From Mycobacteriales bacterium (lineage in GTDB: Bacteria > Actinomycetota > Actinomycetes > JAFAQI01), in the NCBI GenBank assembly GCA_035690365.1, contig DASSKP010000002.1:10983-74982 (forward strand): DNA of 64,000 nucleotides, in the 5' to 3' direction. Below, piece by piece: positions 7,981 to 18,897 of the stretch (positions within the stretch are counted from its first letter, which is position 1; each line of letters begins with the position of its first letter). A program made the translations under genes and the position numbers. The notes beneath the pieces were generated by a model that saw nothing but the letters and a program-made list of their open reading frames with translations, did not search any database and was not told where the DNA came from.

Positions 7981-10440
7981 GTGCGGAAGGTGCGCTGGGT
8001 CGTCTGCGTGGCCGCCCTGGCAGTGGCGGCGTCGGTGATTCCGTCGACGGCTGACTCGGGAAGCCACGAGGCGCCCGGCGACGCGGCGTCGTGGGTGAAC
8101 CCCTTCATCGGCAGCGACGCCAGCGCAGCCAACTTCGGCACGGGCGGGGGAGCGGGCAACACGTTCCCGGGCGCGACCGTGCCGTTCGGGATGGTGCAGT
8201 GGAGCCCGGACACCGTGCAGAACGACGTCAGCTACGTCGGCGGCTACGGCTGGCGTGACGACCACATCGCCGGCTTCGGTCTCACCCACATGAGCGGCGC
8301 GGGCTGTTCGGTCTACCGGGACCTTCCGTTCCTTCCCACCACGGCACCGCTGACGGCATCACCGGCGCAGCCGTTCTCCTCCGACCTCGCCCCGCAGTTC
8401 CAGCCCGCCTTCGATCACCGCCACGAGGTCGCCGAGCCGGGCTATTACGCCGTCACCCTCGACCCGAACACACCGCGCGCCATCCGCACCGAGCTCTCCG
8501 CCACGACGCGGACCGGTGCCGCCCGGCTGACCTTCCCGCGGACACGCACGAGCAGCGTGCTCGTGAACGCCGGCGGCAGCGCGATGGCCGATGCCGACGC
8601 GACGGTGCACGTCGACCCGGCCCGCCGGGAGATCTCCGGCAGCGCGACATCGGGCCGGTTCTGCTACCAGGGCGGCAACTACACGGTCTACTTCGCCGCG
8701 GTCTTCGACCGGCCGTTCGCGTCGTACGGCACCTGGCAGCGCCAGGTGCTGCAGACGCAAGGCACCGACGCGCACGACATCTCGGCGCTGCCCGAGAACT
8801 ACGGCCCGGTCCCCGGTGGACCGAAGCGGCTCGATGGCGACCCGAGCGGGACGGCGCAGGCCGGCGCCTACGCGCAGTTCGACACCCGGCGCAACCGTGT
8901 CGTCGGTGTGCGGGTCGGTGTCTCCTTCGTCTCCGTCGCCGAGGCGCGTCACAACCTCGCCGCCGAGCAGCCGAGCTTCGGCTTCGACCGCGTACGCCGC
9001 GCCGCGCGGACCGCGTGGGACCGCGAGCTCGGCCGAGCCATCGTCCAAGGCGGTACCAGCGGGCAACGCACGATGTTCGCCACTGCGCTCTACCACGCGC
9101 TGCTGCAGCCGCGGACCTTCAGCGACGCCGACGGCCGCTACCCCGGCATGGACGGCAACGTGCACGTCGCCCGCGGCTGGACGATGTACGCCGACTTCTC
9201 GGGTTGGGACGTCTACCGGACCCAGATCCCGCTGCTCGCGCTGCTGGAGCCACAACGCGCATCGGACGTCGTACGGTCGCTGCTCGCCGACGAGGCGCAG
9301 TCCGGCTGGTTGCCCAAGTGGTCGTTCGCCGACCAGCACACCGCCGTGATGACCGGTGACCCTGCCGATCCGGCAATCGCGTCGACGTGGGCGCTCGGCG
9401 CCCGTCACTTCGACGTGAAGGCCGCGCTCGCCGCGATGGTGCACGGTGCGACGACGTACGGCGCCGACGCGCAGCAACGCTACGTCGAGCGACCCGGTTT
9501 GGTGGAGTACGCGAACCGGGGCTATGTCCCCGCCGAGGAGGAGCACCACCTCGGCGGCATCGCCGCGGTCGCCGACCCGGCGGCCGTGTGGGGGCCGGCC
9601 TCGACGACTCTGGAGTACGCGACGGCCGACTTCGCCGTCGGCGCGCTCGCCCGCGCCGCATGCCGGCAGACCGCGACGACGCGACAGCTGCTGGACCGGT
9701 CGGCGTCGTGGCGCACGCTCTTCGACCCGGCCACCGGTTACGTCGAGCCGCGCTCGGCTTCAGGCGCATTCCTTCCCACCTTCAGCCCGACGAGCGGCGA
9801 CGGCTTCGTCGAGGGTGATGCCGCGCAGTACACGTTCGCTGTGCCGCATGACCCGGCGGCGCTGGTCTCGGCATTGGGCGGCCGTGTCCGAGCGAGTGCG
9901 CGGCTCGACCGGTTCTTCACGAAGCTCAACGACGGCCCGACGTCGCCGTACGCGTTCCTCGGCAACGAGCCGAACCTGCACGTGCCCTACCTCTACGACT
10001 GGACCGGTCAGCCGTGGCGGACGCAGCAGATCGTGCGCCGGGCGATGCTCTCGCTCTACTCGCCCGGGCCCGGCGGGATGCCCGGCAACGACGACCTCGG
10101 CACGATGTCGGCCTGGTGGGTGTTCAGCGCTCTCGGGCTCTATCCCGTGCAGCCCGCGACCGACGTGCTCGCGGTCGGCGCCCCGCTGTTCCCTCATGCG
10201 GTCGTGCATCTGGCCCACGGCGACCTGCGCATCGATGCGGCCGGCGCGCCTCGGGCTGGTTACGTCGGCGGCCTTGCGCTGGATGGCCGGCCCGTCGCCG
10301 GGCCCTGGGTGCACGCAGGTGCCCTGCTGCGCGGCGCCACGCTGCGCTTCTCGATGTCGCGGCGTCCGGTGACCGGCTGGGGGTCGGACCCGTCCGACGC
10401 CCCGCCGTCAGGAGCGGCCGCCGTCGGCGGCTGCCGCTGA
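7981..10440 (+). CDS. Glycoside hydrolase family 92 (alpha-mannosidase-like), secreted
   Basis: The GH92 signature region is VNPFIGSDAS...GNTFPGATVPFGMVQWSPDT. The signal peptide starts from GTG 7981 (VRKVRWVVCVAALAVAASV). The ORF track start is TTG 7900. Confidence 0.85.
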   Translation: MRKVRWVVCVAALAVAASVIPSTADSGSHEAPGDAASWVNPFIGSDASAANFGTGGGAGNTFPGATVPFGMVQWSPDTVQNDVSYVGGYGWRDDHIAGFGLTHMSGAGCSVYRDLPFLPTTAPLTASPAQPFSSDLAPQFQPAFDHRHEVAEPGYYAVTLDPNTPRAIRTELSATTRTGAARLTFPRTRTSSVLVNAGGSAMADADATVHVDPARREISGSATSGRFCYQGGNYTVYFAAVFDRPFASYGTWQRQVLQTQGTDAHDISALPENYGPVPGGPKRLDGDPSGTAQAGAYAQFDTRRNRVVGVRVGVSFVSVAEARHNLAAEQPSFGFDRVRRAARTAWDRELGRAIVQGGTSGQRTMFATALYHALLQPRTFSDADGRYPGMDGNVHVARGWTMYADFSGWDVYRTQIPLLALLEPQRASDVVRSLLADEAQSGWLPKWSFADQHTAVMTGDPADPAIASTWALGARHFDVKAALAAMVHGATTYGADAQQRYVERPGLVEYANRGYVPAEEEHHLGGIAAVADPAAVWGPASTTLEYATADFAVGALARAACRQTATTRQLLDRSASWRTLFDPATGYVEPRSASGAFLPTFSPTSGDGFVEGDAAQYTFAVPHDPAALVSALGGRVRASARLDRFFTKLNDGPTSPYAFLGNEPNLHVPYLYDWTGQPWRTQQIVRRAMLSLYSPGPGGMPGNDDLGTMSAWWVFSALGLYPVQPATDVLAVGAPLFPHAVVHLAHGDLRIDAAGAPRAGYVGGLALDGRPVAGPWVHAGALLRGATLRFSMSRRPVTGWGSDPSDAPPSGAAAVGGCR

Positions 10441-10459
10441 CCTCCTGACCCCAGGGCGA

Positions 10460-11917
10460 CTAGCCCGCAATCCGCACCCGAGCGACCCAGACGTTGTTCT
10501 CGCCGTTGCGGTTCCTCGCGCCGCTGCGGTCGTCGCCCCAGGCGACATAGGCATAGCGATCCGTGAGTGTGATCCACGACAGGTCGTCGTACAGGGCCAG
10601 CGTCCCGGGCTTCAACGGCGGCGAGGGCTTGCTGTTGACCTGCACTGGTCTCGTGAAGTGCGCGCCGCCGTCGAACGAGAACGCGGCGCGGACGATCTGC
10701 GCTCCTTGGCTGTCGGTGCCTCGACCCATGACGCCGAGCGCGCCGTGCGGTGAGAACGCGATCCAGGGCCGGTCAGTGCCTACCGCTACCGCCGTGCGTG
10801 ACCATCTGACGCCGCCGTCGCGAGTGATGAAGACGAGGAGGTTGTCGCCGCTGCCCGGTACGGCGACCGCGTAGTGACCCGCGCGTTCCGGGTCACCCGC
10901 GAGATAGACGCCGAACGGCGCGCTTGTCGTGGTCGGCGCAGCGAAGGTGTGGCGACGGAATGTCCTGCCGGCGTCGCGGCTGGTCTCGAAGACGACACCG
11001 TCCGTCGACTGGTCGGAGCGGTGACCGGAGTAGGCGACCGCGAGAATGCCGTGACCGGCTGCGATGGCTGCGGCTCCGCTCTGCGGAAAGCGCGGGCTGT
11101 CCACGGGGTAGACGGTGCCGAACGAGCGTGCGCCGGTGTGCGACGCCGTCACCCAGCTCTCGTTCTTCGTCGAGCCGTTGAACTGGACCGCGTCGGCGAT
11201 CGCGGTGAGGTACACGGTGTTCGTCTGCTGGTCGACGGTGATCCACGGTCGATCGCAGGTTCCCTCGCCGCCGGTCTCCGGGGACGACCCCGGGGCGTAG
11301 CGGGCGCGGTCGGCGGCGGTGCGGTTGCCGATCGCGTCGACCGGTGGCGAGCTCCAGGTGCGGCCGCCGTCGGTGGACCGGATGACGACGTCAGCGGAGC
11401 CTCGAGCCGGTTCGATGTTCGCCAAATGCGGGAGCGTGCCGGGGGTGACGCCCGGCACGGGCATCGTCGGCTGAGCGAAGGTGATGACGGCGGCGTAGAA
11501 CGTGCCGTCCGGTCCGGCTGCGATCGTCGCGTCCGCACACAACGTGGACTGTGCGGTCTGCGCAGGCAGGACGCTACGGCGCCAGGTCTGGCCGGCGTCG
11601 CCGGAGACGGCCACTCCGCAGCGACTCGCAGCAGGGTCGGCGTCGTAACCGAGCGTGCCAGTGAGCGTGTCGAACGTGCCGGTGGCGGGGTTGCGGTAGA
11701 TGCCGGTCGCGTCCTGCTCCGGCCACACGGCAACGAGGTTGCGGGAGTTCCGCGGGTCGACCGCGAGGCCCGGTTCGCCCGCGTGCCAGTCACCGCTGGC
11801 CGACAGGTTCAGCTCGACATCGACATGAATGCCGCTCGGAGCTGCGGCATAGGCGAGGCTGCTGATCGCCACCGTCGCGACGGACAGCAGGGCAGCGACT
11901 CGGGGGGCGCTGCGCAT
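10460..11917 (-). CDS. BNR/Asp-box repeat (sialidase-like) secreted glycosidase-fold protein
   Basis: It has repeated Asp-boxes: SGDAGQTW, STDGGRTW, SRDAGRTF, TRDGGVRW, SFDGGAHF. A signal peptide is present. ATG 11917 is preceded by GAGAGGAG. GTG 11932 is the ORF-track start. Confidence 0.75.
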   Translation of the reverse strand: MRSAPRVAALLSVATVAISSLAYAAAPSGIHVDVELNLSASGDWHAGEPGLAVDPRNSRNLVAVWPEQDATGIYRNPATGTFDTLTGTLGYDADPAASRCGVAVSGDAGQTWRRSVLPAQTAQSTLCADATIAAGPDGTFYAAVITFAQPTMPVPGVTPGTLPHLANIEPARGSADVVIRSTDGGRTWSSPPVDAIGNRTAADRARYAPGSSPETGGEGTCDRPWITVDQQTNTVYLTAIADAVQFNGSTKNESWVTASHTGARSFGTVYPVDSPRFPQSGAAAIAAGHGILAVAYSGHRSDQSTDGVVFETSRDAGRTFRRHTFAAPTTTSAPFGVYLAGDPERAGHYAVAVPGSGDNLLVFITRDGGVRWSRTAVAVGTDRPWIAFSPHGALGVMGRGTDSQGAQIVRAAFSFDGGAHFTRPVQVNSKPSPPLKPGTLALYDDLSWITLTDRYAYVAWGDDRSGARNRNGENNVWVARVRIAG

Positions 11918-11933
11918 CCGGACTCCTCTCACG

Positions 11934-12557
11934 TCAGCCGGAGGCGCGCCGGGCTTCGTACTCGCGTGCGACCTCTTCGAGCCGCTGGCCGGACGGCATG
12001 AGGAACAGGCCGCTGGCCTCCGCTGTCACGACACCGTCGGCGACGATCTCCCCGCTCGCGTGCACCCGGCGCCCGTCGACCTTGTCCGTCCGGGCGCGGA
12101 CTGTCAGCGGGACGTCGTACGGCGTCGGTCGCCGGTAGCGCACGGTCAGCTCGGCGGTGAAGCCGCCGACACCCGCGGCAGCGTTGGCGTGGCCAAGCAG
12201 CTGGTCGAGGAGCGTTGCCACCCAGCCGCCGTGCACGACAGCGGGTGGGCCTTCGTGGATCGGGCGCATCGTCGCCTCGCCGACGACCGAGCCGTCGTCG
12301 AGGGTGCGAACGGTCATCGGGGGAGCGATCGGGTTGGCCGCGCCGATGACCGGGCTGTAGGGACGGTCGCCTCGGCGCATGCTCTCCGGGTCGGGCCAGG
12401 GCATGGTCTCGCGCGACTGCGCGGCGAGCTGCTTGGTCAGGGCGTCGACCTGCGCGGCGAGGTCGCGACGGGTCTCGTCGTCGACGGCCGTGAGCACCGA
12501 TGCCTGCATCAGCTGACGGACTGCCTGCGCGAGGTCGACCGCGGCGTCGTCCGACAT
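11934..12557 (-). CDS. PaaI-type hotdog-fold thioesterase
   Basis: ATG at 12555-12557 (MSDDAAVDLAQ...). The hotdog core is PPAVVHGGWVATLLDQLLGHA. The upstream part of ORF 11934..13088 overlaps the enoyl-CoA hydratase gene. Confidence 0.75.
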   Translation of the reverse strand: MSDDAAVDLAQAVRQLMQASVLTAVDDETRRDLAAQVDALTKQLAAQSRETMPWPDPESMRRGDRPYSPVIGAANPIAPPMTVRTLDDGSVVGEATMRPIHEGPPAVVHGGWVATLLDQLLGHANAAAGVGGFTAELTVRYRRPTPYDVPLTVRARTDKVDGRRVHASGEIVADGVVTAEASGLFLMPSGQRLEEVAREYEARRASG

Positions 12558-12562
12558 CGCGG

Positions 12563-13351
12563 TCAGCGTCCTTCGTACTGCGGCTCGCGCTTCTCCTTGA
12601 ACGCGCGCGTGCCTTCCTTCGCGTCGGCCGTGCCGAAGATGGGCAGGCCGATCTCGAGCTCGATCTTCAGCGCTTCTTCCTCGGGCAGACCTTCGGTCTC
12701 CTGCACGGAACGCTTGATGGCCTTCACCGCGAGCGGGCCGTTGCGGGCGATGCGCTCGCCGATCTGCAGCGCGGTCTCGAGTGCCTTGCCGTCGTCGACG
12801 ACGCGACCGATGAGGCCGATTCGCTCCGCCTGGGCAGCGCTGATCGTGTCGCCGGTGAGCAGCAGCTCCATCGCCTTCGTGTAGCCGATCTGGCGGCGCA
12901 GCCGCACCGTCGAGCCGCCGAGTGGGAACAGCGCGCGGGTCACCTCGACGACGCCGAAGACCGCGCTCTCGCCGGCGACGCGGATGTCGGTCGCCTGCAG
13001 GATCTCGGTGCCGCCCGCGACGGCGTAGCCCTCGACTGCCGCGATCAGCGGCTTGGTCAGCCGGTGGTGACGCAAGAGCGCCTTCCACGCCAGGCCGGCG
13101 TCGGAGCGCATGCGCTGTGCGGCGTCAGAAGTGTTCTGCGCGTCGTTCATCGCCTTGAGGTCGGCGCCGGCGCAGAAGACGCCACCCGCACCGGTGAGTA
13201 CGGCGCAGCGGATCTCGTCGTCGCTGTCGATCCGGTCCCACGCGTCGGCGAGGCCGACGAGCATCTCCGGCGACAGTGCGTTCTTCGCCTCCGGCCGGTT
13301 CATCGTCAGGACGAGGACGTGACCCACCAGCTCGGTCTCGAGATGCGACAA
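12563..13351 (-). CDS. echA19: Enoyl-CoA hydratase (crotonase), EchA19-like
   Basis: LTMNRPEAKNALS...IRCAVLTGAGGVFCAGADLK...LTKPLIAAVEGYAVAGGTEILQATDIRVAGESA. This is very similar to my recollection of M. tuberculosis EchA19 of the cholesterol regulon. Confidence 0.8.
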   Translation of the reverse strand: MSHLETELVGHVLVLTMNRPEAKNALSPEMLVGLADAWDRIDSDDEIRCAVLTGAGGVFCAGADLKAMNDAQNTSDAAQRMRSDAGLAWKALLRHHRLTKPLIAAVEGYAVAGGTEILQATDIRVAGESAVFGVVEVTRALFPLGGSTVRLRRQIGYTKAMELLLTGDTISAAQAERIGLIGRVVDDGKALETALQIGERIARNGPLAVKAIKRSVQETEGLPEEEALKIELEIGLPIFGTADAKEGTRAFKEKREPQYEGR

Positions 13352-13354
13352 GGC

Positions 13355-14625
<1,271 letters not shown>

Positions 14626-14650
14626 ATCCCGCTCCGAGGGGCTTTCGGCT

Positions 14651-15886
14651 GTGACCGACCTGCAGATCGACGTCTACAACCTGGACCAGTACGCCGAGAG
14701 CGGCGTCCCTCACGACCAGCTGAGGCGACTGCGCAACGAGGCGCCGGTCTTCCGGCACGACGACCCGCAGCTGCCCGAGGGCTACTGGGCGATCACCAAG
14801 CACGCCGACGTCATCTACGTCTCGCGCAACCCGGAGCTGTTCTCCTCCTGGGAGAAGACGGCGATGCTCGACGAGTACGCACAGGAGCAGATCGACCAGC
14901 AGCGCATGTTCATGCTCAACCAGGACCCGCCCGAGCACACCCGCACCCGGCAGCTGGTCAACCGCGGCTTCACGCCGCGGATGATCGCGCGGCTCGAGGA
15001 GCGCATCCAGCACAACTGCGACGAGATCGTCGCGCAGGCTCTCGCCAAGGGCGAGGGCGACTTCGTCACCCTGTGCGCCGCCGAGCTTCCGCTGATCGTC
15101 ATCGCCGAGCTCATGGGCGTCCCGATCGAGGACCGGCACAAGGTCTTCGACTGGTCCAACCGCATGGTCGGCGGCCAGGACCCGGAGTACGGCGTCACCG
15201 AGGAGCAGCGCTTCGGCGCAGCGCAGGAGATGTGGGCCTACGCCAACGACCTGGCCAAGAAGAAGCGCGAGGAGCTCAAGGACGACATCGTCTCGAAGCT
15301 GATCAGCCCGGATGACGAGGGCAACGTGCTCAGCGAGCTCGAGTTCGACCTGTTCTTCATGCTGCTCGCGGTCGCCGGCAACGAGACGACCCGCAACGCG
15401 ATCTCCGGCGGCATGTATGCACTGACACAACATCCGGAGCAGTGGGAGCGCCTGAAGGCCGACCCGTCGTTGTTGCCGACGGCTGCCGACGAGATCGTGC
15501 GCTGGGTCAGCCCGGTCAACCTCTTCCGGCGCACCCCGACGCAGGACGTGGAGATCGGCGGGCAGCCGATCAAGAAGGGCGAGAAGGTCGTCATCTACTA
15601 CTCGTCCGCCAACCGTGACGAGAGCGTCTTCGCCAACCCCGACATCTTCGACATCGGCCGTGAACCCAACCCGCACGTCGGGTTCGGTGGCGGCGGGCCG
15701 CACTTCTGCCTGGGCCGGCACCTGGCGAAGCTCGAGATCGAGTGCCTTTTCCGGTCGCTCATCACGCAGTGCGAGCGAGTCGACCTCGTCGCCGAGCCGC
15801 GTCGCTTGCGGTCCAACTTCATCAACGGCATCAAGGAGATGCAGGTGCGCTTCATCCCGGCTTCCCCTGGCGGCAGCACAGCATGA
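14651..15886 (+). CDS. Cytochrome P450, CYP124/CYP125-clade (steroid/lipid terminal hydroxylase)
   Basis: Motifs are LAVAGNETTRNAI, ADEIVRW and the heme loop NPHVGFGGGGPHFCLGRHLA. C-terminal RLRSNFINGIKEMQV resembles CYP124/CYP125. The gene is divergent from fadA5, as cyp125 is in mycobacteria. Confidence 0.9.
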   Translation: MTDLQIDVYNLDQYAESGVPHDQLRRLRNEAPVFRHDDPQLPEGYWAITKHADVIYVSRNPELFSSWEKTAMLDEYAQEQIDQQRMFMLNQDPPEHTRTRQLVNRGFTPRMIARLEERIQHNCDEIVAQALAKGEGDFVTLCAAELPLIVIAELMGVPIEDRHKVFDWSNRMVGGQDPEYGVTEEQRFGAAQEMWAYANDLAKKKREELKDDIVSKLISPDDEGNVLSELEFDLFFMLLAVAGNETTRNAISGGMYALTQHPEQWERLKADPSLLPTAADEIVRWVSPVNLFRRTPTQDVEIGGQPIKKGEKVVIYYSSANRDESVFANPDIFDIGREPNPHVGFGGGGPHFCLGRHLAKLEIECLFRSLITQCERVDLVAEPRRLRSNFINGIKEMQVRFIPASPGGSTA

Positions 15887-16329
15887 GTGCCTCGGACGTC
15901 CTCGTCGCCAACCACCCCATCGAATACGTCTACACGCGGTCGACCGGCCCCGTCATCGGTGCGTTCATGACGGCGCTGCGGGATCGGCGCATCGTCGGCG
16001 TACGCGCCTCGGACGGGCGGGTGCTGGTGCCGCCGGCGGAGTATGACCCGGTCACCAGTGAGGACCTGTCCGAGATCGTCGAGGTCGGCGATGCAGGCGA
16101 GGTCGTGACCTGGGCCTGGAACGACACTCCGCGCAAGGGGCAGCCTCTCGACCGGCCGTTCGCGTGGGCGCTCGTGAAGCTCGACGGCGCCGACACCGGC
16201 CTGCTCGCCGCGGTCGACGCCGGCGATGCGAGCGCGATGTCGACCGGCATGCGGGTGAAGGCGCGGTGGGCGGACAACCGAGTCGGCTCGATCCGCGACC
16301 TCGTGTGCTTCGACGTGGTGTCCGCATGA
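15883..16329 (+). CDS. DUF35 OB-fold protein (no obvious Zn-ribbon cysteines)
   Basis: ATG 15883 overlaps the P450 stop (ATGA). The sequence has GRVLVPP...FAWALVKLDGADTGLLAAVD...GMRVKARW, typical of DUF35 OB-fold partners of thiolase-like proteins. Confidence 0.75.
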   Translation: MSASDVLVANHPIEYVYTRSTGPVIGAFMTALRDRRIVGVRASDGRVLVPPAEYDPVTSEDLSEIVEVGDAGEVVTWAWNDTPRKGQPLDRPFAWALVKLDGADTGLLAAVDAGDASAMSTGMRVKARWADNRVGSIRDLVCFDVVSA

Positions 16330-16829
16330 CGGAAACCGCTGCCGAGGCGCCCGGCGACGTGACGATCGTCGACACGCCGATCCATCTCGACTTCTCCTAC
16401 ACGCCGGGCGTCGCGTCGTCGCGGTTCCTGCGGTCGCTGGAGAAGGGCGAGATCGTCGGGCAGCGGTGCCCGAAGTGCCAGAAGGTCTACATGCCGCCGC
16501 GCGGCGCGTGCTCGATGTGCGGCGTCGCGACCGACGAGGAGCTGACGCTCTCCGGCAAGGGCACGGTCTGCACGTTCTGCGTCACCCGCATCCCGAGTCC
16601 GGGGCTCGAGGCGCCGTACGTCAGCGCCTGGATCCGGCTCGACGGCGCGGACATCACCTCGATGTTCCTGATCCAGGAGTGCGACCCGGACGAGGTGCGA
16701 CTCGGCATGCGGGTCGAAGCCGTCTGGGTCGACGACGCCGACCGTGAGCCCAATCTCGGCAGCATCAAGTACTTCCGGCCGACAGGTGAGCCGGACGCCG
16801 ACTACGACACCTACAAGGACTACGTCTAG
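16326..16829 (+). CDS. DUF35 Zn-ribbon/OB-fold protein
   Basis: ATG 16326 overlaps the previous stop (ATGA). The rubredoxin-like ribbon is CPKCQKVYMPPRGACSMC, and the OB part is YVSAWIRLDGADITSMFLIQE...GMRVEAVW. Confidence 0.8.
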   Translation: MTETAAEAPGDVTIVDTPIHLDFSYTPGVASSRFLRSLEKGEIVGQRCPKCQKVYMPPRGACSMCGVATDEELTLSGKGTVCTFCVTRIPSPGLEAPYVSAWIRLDGADITSMFLIQECDPDEVRLGMRVEAVWVDDADREPNLGSIKYFRPTGEPDADYDTYKDYV

Positions 16830-17743
16830 TGCGCAGAGATGTGGCCATCGTTTCCTGGGCGTCGTTCGAGACTCCCAGCGAACCGGCCCGCAACGAGGTC
16901 GAGATGCTGCTCCCGGTCATCCAGGAGGCGCTCGGCAAGGTCGGCCTGACCCAGCAGGACATCGGGTTCACGGTGTCGGGGTCCAGCGACTACCTCCAGG
17001 GGTTCCCGTTCGCGTTCGTCGGCGCACTCGACGCGGTCGGCGCGTGGCCGCCGATCCGCGAGTCGCACGTCGAGATGGACGGCGCCTTCGCCCTCTACGA
17101 GGCCGTCAACGTCCTGCAGGAGGACGGCATCGACACGGCTCTCGTCTATGCCTTCGCCAGGCCGTCTCGGGGCGAGGTCGACCGGACGCTTGCACTGCAG
17201 CTCGACCCCTACTGCGTCGCGCCGTTGTGGCCGGACGCCCGCGGGCTCGCGGCGCTGCAGGCGCAGGCGATGAAGGACAGCGGACGCTTCCATGACGTTC
17301 CCGACGTCCCACCGACCTACGTCGCCGACGGCTGCGTCGCCGTTGTGCTGGCCGTCGGCGACCGCGCCCGTGAGATCACCGACCACCCGGTGTGGATCCG
17401 CGGCATCGACCACCGGATCGAGCCACCGGCCCTGGGAGTGCGCGACCTCACCGCATCTCCCTCCACGCAGACGGCGGCGGCGACGGCCGGCGTACAGGAC
17501 GTCGATGCGGCCTGGCTGCACGTGCCCTACCCGCATCAGGAGCTGGTGCTCCGGGACGCGCTCGGCCTCGACGGACAGCCCGTCGACAGTGCCGCCGGCC
17601 CGGTGATGGTCGGCGGTCTCGAGCGACTCGCTTCGGCCGCTGCCGGCATCGCCGGTGGGAAGGCCCGACGCGCCGTCGCGCACGCGACCAGCGGCCCGTG
17701 CCTGCAACAGAACCTCGTCGCGGTGTTGGAGGGGTCACAGTGA
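16829..17743 (+). CDS. Thiolase-like protein (short, probably non-catalytic; Ltp4-like)
   Basis: It is 304 aa with a thiolase-fold pattern (DIGFTVSGSSDY..., VAVVLAV, GPCLQQNLVAVLE). It has no recognisable CxS nucleophile loop. The GTG start overlaps the upstream TAG by 1 nt. Confidence 0.7.
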   Translation: MRRDVAIVSWASFETPSEPARNEVEMLLPVIQEALGKVGLTQQDIGFTVSGSSDYLQGFPFAFVGALDAVGAWPPIRESHVEMDGAFALYEAVNVLQEDGIDTALVYAFARPSRGEVDRTLALQLDPYCVAPLWPDARGLAALQAQAMKDSGRFHDVPDVPPTYVADGCVAVVLAVGDRAREITDHPVWIRGIDHRIEPPALGVRDLTASPSTQTAAATAGVQDVDAAWLHVPYPHQELVLRDALGLDGQPVDSAAGPVMVGGLERLASAAAGIAGGKARRAVAHATSGPCLQQNLVAVLEGSQ

Positions 17744-18897
17744 GCGCGCGGGTCGCGGTCGTCGGTGTCGGCCAGACGAAGTACGCAGCCAAGCGGCAGG
17801 ACGTGTCGCTGGCAGGGCTCGTCCGTGAGGCGGCGAAGCGCGCGCTCGACGACGCGGGCATGACCTGGTCGGACATCGACGCCGTCGTCATCGGCAAGGC
17901 GCCGGACATGTTCGAGGGCGTCATGATGCCGGAGCTCTACCTCGCCGACGCTCTCGGCGCGGTCGGCAAGCCGATGATCCGGGTGCACACCGCCGGAAGC
18001 GTCGGTGGCTCGACCGGCGTGATGGCGTCGCACCTGGTCTCGAGCGGGACGCACAAGCGCGTGCTCGTCGTCTGCTTCCAGAAGCAGAGCGAGTCGAACG
18101 CGACCTGGGCGCTGTCGATCCGGCTGCCGTTCACCGGTGGCTCGGTGACCGGTGCCGGCGGATACTTCGCGCCGGTCATCCGCGCCTACATGCGTCGCGC
18201 CAACGCACCGGACCACATCGGCATCAAGGTGGCGGTGAAGGATCGGCTCAACGCGCTGCGCAACCCCTACGCACATCTGAAACTGCCGGACATCAGCGAG
18301 GAGAAGGTGCGCGAGTCCCCGATGTTGTGGGACCCGATCCGCTACCTCGAGACCTGTCCGTCCTCCGATGGTGCGTGCGCGGTGATCCTTGCCGACGAGG
18401 ACACGGCGCAGGGCACGCCCAACCCGCCCGCCTGGATCCACGGCACAGCTGTCCGCAGCGAGCCGACGATGGGTGCGGGCCGCGATGTGGTCAACCCGCA
18501 CGCCGGCCGCGACTGCGCGAAGGACGTCTACGCGCAGGCCGGCGTCACCGACCCGCGCCGCGACCTCGACTGCGCCGAGATCTACGTGCCGTTCTCCTGG
18601 TACGAACCGATGTGGATGGAGAACCTCGGCTTCGCCGACGAGGGGACCGGCTGGAAGATGGTCGACGACGGCTCGACGTCGTTCGAAGGCGACATCCCGA
18701 TCAACCCGTCCGGCGGCGTGCTCTCGTCCAACCCGATCGGTGCGTCCGGCATGTGCCGGTTCGCCGAGGCGGCGCTTCAGGTGCGCGGCATGGCGGGGGA
18801 GCACCAGGTCGACGGGGCGCGCAAGGCGCTCGGCCACGCCTACGGCGGCGGCGCCCAGTTCTTCGCCATGTGGATCGTCGGATCGGAGAAACCGTGA
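17740..18897 (+). CDS. SCP-x/lipid-transfer-protein-type thiolase-fold protein (Ltp3/Ltp2-like, candidate retro-aldolase)
   Basis: GTG 17740 overlaps the previous stop (GTGA). Motifs are VAVVGVGQTKY..., NPSGGVLSSNPIGASGM and GHAYGGGAQFFAMW. The loop where thiolases carry the nucleophilic Cys reads HTAGSVGGSTG. Confidence 0.8.
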   Translation: MSARVAVVGVGQTKYAAKRQDVSLAGLVREAAKRALDDAGMTWSDIDAVVIGKAPDMFEGVMMPELYLADALGAVGKPMIRVHTAGSVGGSTGVMASHLVSSGTHKRVLVVCFQKQSESNATWALSIRLPFTGGSVTGAGGYFAPVIRAYMRRANAPDHIGIKVAVKDRLNALRNPYAHLKLPDISEEKVRESPMLWDPIRYLETCPSSDGACAVILADEDTAQGTPNPPAWIHGTAVRSEPTMGAGRDVVNPHAGRDCAKDVYAQAGVTDPRRDLDCAEIYVPFSWYEPMWMENLGFADEGTGWKMVDDGSTSFEGDIPINPSGGVLSSNPIGASGMCRFAEAALQVRGMAGEHQVDGARKALGHAYGGGAQFFAMWIVGSEKP

